Shown piece by piece: positions 42,001-52,693 of a stretch of DNA of 64,000 bases (position 1 is its first letter; each line of letters starts with the position of its first letter). Source of the DNA: Trichinella spiralis (taxonomy: Eukaryota); assembly GCF_000181795.1 (NCBI RefSeq), contig NW_003526945.1, positions 1,634,794 through 1,698,793 of the forward strand, in the 5' to 3' direction. The translations under genes were made by a program, and so were the position numbers. Below the pieces are notes generated by a model that saw nothing but the letters and a program-made list of their open reading frames with translations, was not told the origin of the DNA and did not search any database.

Positions 42001-42522
42001 ACTGCCTATCTTACGCCTCTGATTATATTTATTAAGATTTATTGATAAACAGATAAGAAAGACAATGAGAAAGAGAAATCTCATAAAGAAAACAAACCGT
42101 ATAAAATGTATCTATGTTTTACCTCTACAAGTTGAATCATATTGTATCCTATATATCGTGAATGTAGTTCTCAAAAAGTTCAGAAATCTGAAGTATTTTG
42201 GAAAATTCAACTGGATAAATGAAAATAATGAAAAAAACATTTTCAAAACCAAGGAAATTATCAATTACAAAGTGCATATTTCAGAAAAATATTACAAACG
42301 CGAAATAAAAAAAATAACGCAAAACTTACCAGTAGCTGTGACACAAGCGATGCCTTGATGACATACACCGAATGAGCAATCGCTCTTGGCTTGACAATGG
42401 TAGCATTTCAGAGGCACCACTGAAAGAAAATATGAAGAAATGATTGAAAATAAGGCAAAAAAATACATACCATTGCGGATGACGAATACCAGGCAGATGG
42501 TCAACGCGGCCGGCTGGCCCAT
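39064..42522 (-). CDS. Ly6/uPAR (three-finger) domain protein, predicted secreted and GPI-anchored; 3 exons (approx. 42522-42471, 42421-42330, 39302-39064)
   Basis: Spliced MGQPAALTICLVFVIRN-VVPLKCYHCQAKSDCSFGVCHQGIACVTAT-VDRYVSKGC...GGC...TVCYCNDRDFCN...PPLFFLALACVLFTLSMRIFL*. LKCYxC start, 10 Cys, terminal CxCxxxDFCN and a hydrophobic C-terminus. Confidence 0.8.
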
Positions 42523-43033
42523 TACCGACGTTACAAATATGTCGACAGAAATGATCGCAAAATAAGTACAATCAGCATTAGTCAAACGATGCAGGCTTTA
42601 CAAATAGAAAAGAACAATACTCGTCCACTTGTTGACAAATCAAAAACTTGACCAATTCTATGGAGATGAACCGCCGTTAATAGGTGGGCGTGGTTATTAA
42701 GCGACAGCAGCGCCAACCAGCGGGAAAACATACCCCTGCTTCAATCAAACATTTTGCAAGATGTCTCAGCGGCATTTCATGAATAAATAACATCACATCA
42801 ACATAATGCACATGAACACTAATATTTATGGTTTATCATCATAAAGTGACGACAATTCAATACTCTGTTATTATGATTATTGTTAACATTCTGCGTACAA
42901 ATGCACAATTATTAAATGTTCAGTTAGTGGGCCGATATCAGATTTGAAAATTATGTTCCAATAATATTAATAAATTCAAAACAGTAGAATGGAATACTGA
43001 TATAGAGAATAAACAGCTTACTTATCACTTTAT

Positions 43034-43214
43034 TCATCCCATTTCAATCTCAGCAAGGCGACCAAAGAAACAGCACGCTGCATTATCAGTATAGCGGATA
43101 ATGCAACATAACAGAATTACCAAGCGAAACATATCGAGTGCGTCTACCAGTTAGCAGGATGTGCGGCCGCACAAATTCTTGAAAATGAGGACTGTTGCTT
43201 CATGAAAAAATTAT
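43034..43214 (-). pseudogene. Degenerate copy of two antisense terminal exons (paralog of 48311-48475) with a premature stop
   Basis: Same 67-nt exon and splice sites as 48311-48475. AGA>TGA at ~43200-43202. Confidence 0.4.
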
Positions 43215-44280
43215 CTAAAAGTAAACAATATTCCAATATTAAATCAATACGCTCCACAAAATTATCACATTGCCCTCTCCTTATCAGTAACCGTTAGTCA
43301 GATAATGCATTGAAACTTTAATATTGCAACAAGCCGACGTACGATCTGATAAACATCACTTGCAAATAGCCGCAAAACATTCATGTGAGCTAACATGCCA
43401 AAATTAGCTAGCTGGAGCCAGAAAAGGCGATTCATCAAGCAGATATACGCAAACCGTTGTCCACTGTAATTGGATACAAGGCGGATGTAAAATTCGATGA
43501 AATTTCGCAGGGTGATCTGATCCTGCAACAAGAGAAACAACAATCAGAATGCTGATTTTCTGAGCCAAACGCCATACATTTACACGCATATACCAAACAG
43601 ACAAAAAATATATTAATATAATGTATATACATATTAAACGAGAAAATAAATTTTCACAAAAAACAATAACACACATCCTACTACACACAAAAAAAGACTT
43701 CACCTATGTTCAATTCTACCTCACAGATGTACAGATCTTGTATGTTTATCAACACCTAAACATAATTCAACACAAATTTTACACATATACAAAATGCATT
43801 CGCATTCAAAATATCGTTCAAAAGATGTTGAAGTGAACATTCGGCAAACTTACACTTCGTTCACAATCATTTCTTTTACACTACATTTCATCAACTTATA
43901 TGCAATGCGCATCGTATTAGTATTAGTGTTGACTGTCACATCGCATCGAGCTGCGGCAACGATGAAAGTTTTCACATTCGCTACTGAACATTTAGAATAA
44001 ATTACACTGACAAATACTCTCATCATACGTTGCAAGATGAACAGAAACCTTACAATATGATAAGATGAACAATATTTTTCATTTCCATGCATTGAATTAA
44101 TTTTGAAAGTTATGAATGTTTATTTTTGTACGTGAAATTATACTTCATAATGTGTTGATTGTGAAATAATGTAAACTGAGAAAATTGGAATCAATCAACA
44201 GGCAAATACTGTAAATTTTAAAGAGCATCGGTACACTAAAAGTCAAACTTTAAACATGTACATTAAAATACTCATTTGGA

Positions 44281-44316
44281 TATATAAAGGCTACTCAACA
44301 AAAACGTTTATCAGTC
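44281..44316 (+). promoter_or_regulatory. TATA box plus Initiator core promoter of KH gene A (homologous elements at 47190, 49635, 52613)
   Basis: TATATAAAGG at 44281 and TCAGTC at 44311 (30-bp spacing). The same spacing occurs in all paralogs. Confidence 0.65.
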
Positions 44317-44360
44317 AGAGAGTTCCCTTCAAACAGTGCACTACGAAAACTGTACTAACA

Positions 44361-45058
44361 ATGTGTTCTCGCGAGCAGTTTGAAGAAAAGCTCAAGCAAA
44401 TCCAATTCGCCATCAATGTGTTGAAAAGCATCGATGACAGCAGATTGCGGTCGGAGAGAATGGAACAGTTGATCAACGAATTGTTCAAGCTTGAGTTTTT
44501 CAAAAAGATTCCACAACCACCACCCCGTATTGGAATTTTTATAACAAAGTATGCTGATATCACGATTACGGTGACTGATTACAGCTTCAACGTCGCCAGC
44601 AGAATAATAGGTCCTTGTGGGAGTACTATTAAGGCCATCTCAAGATTTAGTAGATGCCAACTGAAATTAGTGAATCCGAACGAAAACCCGTTGCGTATCA
44701 AACTAATTGCAAAGGGATACGAAAACATTGCTAATTGGAGAATCCACAAAGCCATCGAAGGAATACAGTATGTGTTGACAAATGATCAGTACGAAGTGTC
44801 TTTAAATCAGTTGGCTGAATTGGCTGTAAGACGGGGTATTCATGAGAAATCACTAGCATCGTATCGTTATCAAGTGAAAACTTTCCTCAGTCATAGTGGA
44901 GTTGTGAATGTAGAAAACGAGGAAGACCAGAAAGAAGAAAAAAGTATTCAGTTCGATTCCACCAACAAAACCAACAACAAATTGAAGTAATTGTTAATGC
45001 GTTACAATAGTAATTTTGAATATTAATTTTTTTTCTTATTTTTAGCAAATCAGAATGA
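44361..45058 (+). CDS. Divergent STAR-family (GLD-1/Quaking/SF1-like) KH RNA-binding protein, copy A
   Basis: YSFNVASRIIGPCGSTIKAISRFSRCQL resembles STAR KH 'FNFVGRILGPRG.T.K.LE..TGCKI'. VSLNQLAELAVRRG resembles QUA2 'QL.ELA..NG'. ATG 44361; intron 44987-45045; terminal micro-exon. Confidence 0.8.
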
Positions 45059-47269
45059 AGTCGACGTTAGAATGCTCGACAAAACCAATATCAACTGATC
45101 CGTTATTTGAATAACGACCCATCATCATTTGCTTAATTTTAATCTAATTATATATCAATTTCATTGATTTCTTTTATCCATATTATACCATGCAGTTGTT
45201 TCATTATCATTCACTCCATAGTTCACTGCTGAATATCACTGTTCAATTCAATTTCACTTGATGAAAATTTAGGTAGCAATTTTTCGTAGTGATCACTGTT
45301 TGTCAAATTGATTTGTTCGAATAAACGTTCATCAAAATGATATTTGTTCTTCATTTTAATTGAAAATTGGTTGACTGAAATTTGAAATACTGATTCAGTT
45401 TTGATATTCAGAAATAAATATATGAAAAGGCATAAGCCAATCGCCAATTACCAATCAAACGCCGTACAGCCAATCAGCGAACAGAGAAACAAAAAAATTA
45501 GGTCAAAGTTTGGCGGGAAAAATGGCAAAAAACCTTTACAATTATTTCTTTTATAATGAATATTATGAACTTATTTAAAATTTGTCCCAAAAGTAAGTTG
45601 AAGTAACACTTCATCTTTACAAGAAACTATAAAAATAAATACAACAGTATACTTAAAACACAAAATAAAATACTAAACAAGCGCATGCAAAAGTTCAACA
45701 AAAAAAGTAAAATTACAACTAAAGATATTGGTGTTATTGTAGATGAAAAAGTTAATAAACAAACTTCACCCCAACTAATATAAATATCATCACTAAAAAG
45801 AAACAAAACAGACGGCTGAATAGAAATCATAATATTTATTAAAACAAAACATAATACTTATACTAACCTTGAAAAAAATTATAGATAGAAAAGTTTATTC
45901 TACATGTTTAAATTCAGTTGTAGAATATATTCAATAGCTTGCAAAGATCTGTTCATCGTTTCACTTTGGAGAAGCAGTGAAAACGCGACAGACAACATCA
46001 ACGGATACAATGACGCGTCTCCACTTTTGAACTACAGAATGAAGAAAAGAATAATCAAGAAGAACAGAATAAAATATCACTGTAATACAGATTACCAAAA
46101 AAAAATATAATAAGTTTAATTCAAAAATATTACGAGCTATAAGAATTTATGTTCATTAAAAATGATATCAAAGGACAATATCAATGGTACAGCAAATAAT
46201 TATTTTCAACTAATGGGTTACGCGGAAAGTTGGCATAGGTGCCGAATGGCAAAAGGTGATTTGTAATTCATGATCGGTTTTGCATTTTCCTTTCTTATTT
46301 CAAACCTCATTGACAACATTCATCATTAAGATTCAAAAAGATGAATTCTGTTTTGATCCACACTGAAACCATAAACATAACATGATCACGAAATTGTTGA
46401 ATACTGCAAGAATGGGAACCAATTTCAAGATAAAGTTTCATGAAAATAAATTGAATTATAAATAAAATACTTAACGATGAAAAAAATACCACTTTCATAC
46501 TTGTATTGATTACAATATTTTGAAATTAAACATGGACAAATGTTTTCCATCTATTTCCTGCTGATGTATATCGTTCACGGCAATTTGCATAATCATAACA
46601 AAATATGTGCGATTACATATCTCATATTGATATTTTGACTGAAATTTCAACTATTCAAGGAAGAACTGATCAGTGGAAAAAAGTGCGAGACATTCATAAT
46701 TTACTATCAACAATTGTAAGTAAGCGTCTCGAACTGTGACTAATATTCTATTATCATTATTCCATACGATTTAACAGTAGTTAAATTATTAAACTCATAT
46801 AACATTCAATTTTCAGTGTGGACTGCCAGTTTTCATCGAGTTATAAGTATGATAAGCGGTTTCAACTTCGCTACTGAACAAAAGCAAAAAATTGCAGTGG
46901 CCGACATTTTCATCGTAAGTTGAACTGAAACGATACAGTAGGATAAGATGAGGAATATTTTTCATTTCTATGCAATGATTTAATTTTGAAAGTTATAAAT
47001 ATATACTTCTGTACGTGAAATTATACTTAAATATATGTTGATTGTGAAATAATATAAATTAAGAAAATTTTAATCACAAAAATTATCTCAATAATAAACA
47101 GATACATACGGTAAATTTGAAGTTCATTAGTATACTCAGGTTCAAATTTCACTCACAAAATGAACTGTAAATTAAATCACAAATTTGGGTATTTAAAGGC
47201 TGCTCAACGGAAACGTTTGTTAGTCAGTGAGTTTTTCTTGCAGAGTACAGTTGCAAGCGTGAAGGAACG

Positions 47270-47992
47270 ATGAGTTTTCCGAAGGAGATTTGGGACGAGA
47301 AGATGAAGCAGGTCCACGAAATCGTTGATAAGTTGAAAACTTATCACGATAATGACGTGCGATCGATACTGATGGAATACTACGTCAATGAATTCTTCGG
47401 ACTGGAATTGTTCAAAAATACTCCATTTCCACCAAGTCCGTCCGGAGTGGTTGTGAGAAAGCGCTATGTGATAAATTTGAAGTCATGTGGTTACGACTTC
47501 AACGTTTTCCGGAGAATTGTTGGTCCTAGTGGCACCACCGTCCAGGCCATCGAACGATTCAGTGGATGCAGATTGATATTAACTACATCTGGAACGTGCA
47601 CCGTCCGTATCAACATTCTTATCAAGGATTATGAAAACATCGTTGAATGGAAATATGAAAAAGTTACCGAGGCAATTAACTACGTGATAGCGAATGAAAA
47701 TTTTCAAGTTACTTTAAACCAGAAGGCGGAACAGGCCGTTCGAGTGGCTTACCGAAAACTCGTCCGAGAATCGCGACGCAACAGGGGCCGCATCATTAGC
47801 TTCAATCAGGCTGGTACAGCAGCGGCAGCAGACAATGACGATGCTCTGGTGGAAACTGAATCAAAAGCTATTTTGGTGCTCTCGGACGATGGAATCGACC
47901 ACAACTTTCAGTAACTGCTAACTTTTAATAATAATTATTTGCAATATTAATTTACGTTTTGATATTTTTTTACTTTTAGCGCGCATGAATGA
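47270..47992 (+). CDS. Divergent STAR-family KH protein, copy B
   Basis: YDFNVFRRIVGPSGTTVQAIERFSGCRL; VTLNQKAEQAVR. Intron 47911-47979, then micro-exon. Confidence 0.8.
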
Positions 47993-48310
47993 AGTTTCCG
48001 TCCAGTGCTCGTGAAAGGCATCATTTACTGAACTCATCAACAATGATGACGCATCAACATAATTCACATCAGTACTAATATTTATTGCTTAATGTCTTAA
48101 AGTGATGACCAATGAATATTTTATTATTATTTTTTCGCTATCACAATTCCACATTATATGTTCATGCAGTTCACAGTTGACTGATTCGTCCATCCTATTT
48201 GTTGAATTAACTGTTCATGTAGTTCATCCAATATCATTATTATTAATATTAAATTTCACAACAATTTGATCATGTGATGAAGAGAATAAACAGCTTACTT
48301 ATCACTTTAT

Positions 48311-48475
48311 TCATCCCGTTTCAATCTCGGCTAGGCCACCAAAGAGATAGCACGCTGTATTATCAGTACAGCCGAAAACGGAACATAACAAATATCGAAT
48401 GCGTTTACCAGTTAACAGGATGTGTCGCCGCGCAAATTCTTGAAAATGCGGACTGTTGTTTCTCGAAAAAATTAT
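48311..48475 (-). CDS. Putative antisense terminal exons of an unknown gene (IIFSRNNSPHFQEFARRHILLTACYLFGGLAEIETG*)
   Basis: ttttag acceptor, 67-nt exon 48475-48409, gtaaac donor, tacag acceptor, exon 48354-48311, AATAAA overlapping the stop. Several synonymous differences versus the 43034-43214 copy. Confidence 0.4.
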   Translation of the reverse strand: MIFSRNNSPHFQEFARRHILLTGKRIRYLLCSVFGCTDNTACYLFGGLAEIETG

Positions 48476-49714
48476 CTAAAATTAAACAATATTCCATTAT
48501 TAAATCAATACGTTCCGCAAAATTATCACAGTGCCGTTTCCTTATCAGTAATCGGCGTCAAAGTAACTGGCGCATTGGAAGTCACATCATCAAAGCAAGG
48601 AATCACATACAGCGCAGGAGTGCCCTACAGTAATGAAAAAATACTGTAAAGAAAACAAACACACATTTCACGCATCACCATATTCATATTTTACAAATAA
48701 TTTAAAATTACACATATATCTAAGAAAAAATTTCCAACAGCGTACAAAATGAAGATGATAACCTAAAACTTTCTTGGAAATTCTAACAGCAATAAGAGTA
48801 AAATATAAAATTCTACTTCACAATGCACAGCAACGATTAGGCCGTTTGAGGCAGAAATACAAAATGAGCAAAATCTGCGATTAGCCCATTGTTCCCCTAA
48901 ATTTCACACGAAATTCAGCATAGGAAGGTGATTTACTACGCTTAATTAATTATTGTTCATGAGTTTTGACAAGATTTTCCGCACTTAGTTAAATGATTTT
49001 CAAGTTATGTGTGAGAATACGATAAGCCACAAAGACAATACAATCAACATTTTCTGTCCAAAAAAACATAATGTATCATTGAAATGATAAAAATAAGATT
49101 TATATTGATCTAAAAGTTGCATCTGTGGATCACAAACTCAATATGTTCGTGCACTGGCTCTCCTTCACCCTGAATGTTACCTTGTTTTAGACCACAGATT
49201 ACAAATATTTTTGTATTATTATACTCTTGTATGATTCAATAGAAGCGAGAATATTAAGCTATATATTAACGATGTATTAATGTTGACTGTCACTTCTCAT
49301 CGAGCTGCGGCAACGATGAAAGTTTTCACATTCGCTACTGAACATTTAGAATAAATTACACTGACAAATACTCTCATCATACGTTGGAAGATGAACAGAA
49401 ACCTTACAATATGATAAGATGAACAATATTTTTCATTTCCATGCATTGAATTAATTTTGAAAGTTATGAATGTTTATTTTTGTACGTGAAATTATACTTC
49501 ATAATGTGTTGATTGTGAAATAATGTAAACTGAGAAAATTGGAATCAATCAACAGGCAAATACTGTAAATTTTAAAGAGCATCGGTACACTAAAAGTCAA
49601 ACTTTAAACATGTACATTAAAATACTCATTTGGATATATAAAGGCTACTCAACAAAAACGTTTATCAGTCAGAGAGTTCCCTTCAAACAGTGCACTACGA
49701 AAACTGTACTAACA

Positions 49715-50412
49715 ATGTGTTCTCGCGAGCAGTTTGAAGAAAAGCTCAAGCAAATCCAATTCGCCATCAATGTGTTGAAAAGCATCGATGACAGCAGATT
49801 GCGGTCGGAGAGAATGGAACAGTTGATCAACGAATTGTTCAAGCTTGAGTTTTTCAAAAAGATTCCACAACCACCACCCCGTATTGGAATTTTTATAACA
49901 AAGTATGCTGATATCACGATTACGGTGACTGATTACAGCTTCAACGTCGCCAGCAGAATAATAGGTCCTTGTGGGAGTACTATTAAGGCCATCTCAAGAT
50001 TTAGTAGATGCCAACTGAAATTAGTGAATCCGAACGAAAACCCGTTGCGTATCAAACTAATTGCAAAGGGATACGAAAACATTGCTAATTGGAGAATCCA
50101 CAAAGCCATCGAAGGAATACAGTATGTGTTGACAAATGATCAGTACGAAGTGTCTTTAAATCAGTTGGCTGAATTGGCTGTAAGACGGGGTATTCATGAG
50201 AAATCACTAGCATCGTATCGTTATCAAGTGAAAACTTTCCTCAGTCATAGTGGAGTTGTGAATGTAGAAAACGAGGAAGACCAGAAAGAAGAAAAAAGTA
50301 TTCAGTTCGATTCCACCAACAAAACCAACAACAAATTGAAGTAATTGTTAATGCGTTACAATAGTAATTTTGAATATTAATTTTTTTTCTTATTTTTAGC
50401 AAATCAGAATGA
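49715..50412 (+). CDS. Divergent STAR-family KH protein, copy A' (identical translation to copy A)
   Basis: ORF track translation is identical to 44256..44990; same intron and micro-exon. Confidence 0.75.
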
Positions 50413-50777
50413 AGTCGACGTTAGAATGCTCGACAAAACCAATATCAACTGATCCGTTATTTGAATAACGACCCATCATCATTTGCTTAATTTTAATCTA
50501 ATTATATATCAATTTCATTGATTTCTTTTATCCATATTATACCATGCAGTTGTTTCATTATCATTCACTCCATAGTTCACTGCTGAATATCACTGTTCAA
50601 TTCAATTTCACTTGATGAAAATTTAGGTAGCAATTTTTCGTAGTGATCACTGTTTGTCAAATTGATTTGTTCGAATAAACGTTTCATCAAAATGATAATT
50701 TGTTCTTCATTTAATTGAAAATTGGTTGACTGAATTTGAATACTGATCAGTTTGATATCAGAATAAATATATGAAAA

Positions 50778-50902
50778 NNNNNNNNNNNNNNNNNNNNNNN
50801 NNNNNNNNNNNNNNNNNNNNNNNNNNNNNNNNNNNNNNNNNNNNNNNNNNNNNNNNNNNNNNNNNNNNNNNNNNNNNNNNNNNNNNNNNNNNNNNNNNNN
50901 NN
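50778..50902. other. Assembly gap (125 N)
   Basis: Run of N characters. Confidence 1.
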
Positions 50903-52693
50903 CGGTGATCCCATCGCGAATTATTCTCGTGACCGAAAAGCCATGCACGAAATATTGAGTTTGTGATCCACGGATGAGTTTGTTGGATCAATAGGAATCT
51001 TATTTTTATCATTATTTTGTTTCTTTATGTTTTATTGGATTATTTTGTTTTGTGTATTGACTTTGTGGATTAACCACTTCTTCTTTACAAGATGCTATAA
51101 ATTTAAATACAACAGTATACTTAAAACACAAACTCATGAACTATAATTGCGCATGCAAAAGTTCTCCCCTTCCTATGCTGAATTTCGAGTGATATTGGTG
51201 TTATTGTGGTGAAATCGTTAATTTTGCTCCTTCTGCCCTTCTGCCATAAATATCCTACCGTTGCTGTCAAAACAGACGGCTGAATAGAAATCATAATATT
51301 TATTAAACAAAACATAATACTTATACTAACCTTGAAAAAAATTATAGATAGAAAAGTTTATTCTACATGTTTAAATTCAGTTGTAGAATATATTCAATAG
51401 CTTGCAAAGATCTGTTCATCGTTTCACTTTGGAGAAGCAGTGAAAACGCGACAGACAACATCAACGGATACAATGACGCGTCTCCACTTTTGAACTACAG
51501 AATGAAGAAAAGAATAATCAAGAAGAACAGAATAAAATATCACTGTAATACAGATTACCAAAAAAAAATATAATAAGTTTAATTCAAAAATATTACGAGC
51601 TATAAGAATTTATGTTCATTAAAAATGATATCAAAGGACAATATCAATGGTACAGCAAATAATTATTTTCAACTAATGGGTTACGCGGAAAGTTGGCATA
51701 GGTGCCGAATGGCAAAAGGTGATTTGTAATTCATGATCGGTTTTGCATTTTCCTTTCTTATTTCAAACCTCATTGACAACATTCATCATTAAGATTCAAA
51801 AAGATGAATTCTGTTTTGATCCACACTGAAACCATAAACATAACATGATCACGAAATTGTTGAATACTGCAAGAATGGGAACCAATTTCAAGATAAAGTT
51901 TCATGAAAATAAATTGAATTATAAATAAAATACTTAACGATGAAAAAAATACCACTTTCATACTTGTATTGATTACAATATTTTGAAATTAAACATGGAC
52001 AAAAGTTTTCCATCTATTTCCTGCTGATGTATATCGTTCACGGCAATTTGCATAATCATAACAAAATATGTGCGATTACATATCTCATATTGATATTTTG
52101 ACTGAAATTTCAACTATTCAAGGAAGAACTGATCAGTGGAAAAAAGTGCGAGACATTCATAATTTACTATCAACAATTGTAAGTAAGCGTCTCGAACTGT
52201 GACCAATATTCTGTTATCATTATTCCATACGATTTAACAGTGGTGAAATTATTAAACTCATATAACATTCAATTTTCAGTGTGGACTGCCAGTTTTCATC
52301 GAGTTGTAAGAATGATGAACAAAAACAGAAAAATGCAGTGGCCGACGTTTTCATCGTAAGTTGATCAGAAACGTTGCACTAGTATAAGACGAGCAGTATT
52401 TTCTATTTTATTGAATTAATTTGAAAAGTTAAAAAAATTGTTCACTTTTCTACGTGTAATTATACTTAATTATGCAAACTGAAAAATTTTAATCACAAAA
52501 ATTATCTTAATAATAATTAAGTAGATACGGTAAATTTAAAGTTTTTTGTTATGCTCAGGTTGTAAATTGCACTCGTGAAATGAGCTACCGTAAATTAAAT
52601 CACTGATATGTGTATTTAAAGGTTGCTCAAGGAAAACGTTCGTTAGTTTATGAGTTGTTTTCGTGCCGTGCGGTTGTTTTTAAAGTTGTAAAA

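Larger units (their letters stand above)
43004..46860 (+). repeat. Tandem segmental duplication, copy 1 (43004-43290 similar to 48281-48551; ~43925-46860 nearly identical to ~49280-52310)
   Basis: Direct identity: duplicate ORFs at offset 5354 before the gap (44256/49610) and 5463 after it (45904/51367, 46307/51770). Confidence 0.93.
48281..52310 (+). repeat. Tandem segmental duplication, copy 2 (interrupted by an N gap)
   Basis: Matches copy 1 at offsets 5354/5463. Sequence flanking the gap shows scattered indels and mosaic stretches. Confidence 0.93.

Noticed and set aside
44256..44360. N-terminal extensions of the KH ORFs in the ORF track (also 49610 and 52610)
   Set aside because: They start upstream of or within the TATA box. 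Paralog alignment supports ATGs at 44361, 47270, 49715 and 52694.
45904..46498. Short ORFs repeated at 51367-51961
   Set aside because: Their identity reflects the DNA duplication. They are low-complexity AT-rich translations with no coding evidence.
50903..51270. Apparently novel sequence right after the gap
   Set aside because: It looks like a low-quality mosaic consensus of the 45560-45810 duplicate and is not reliable as biology.
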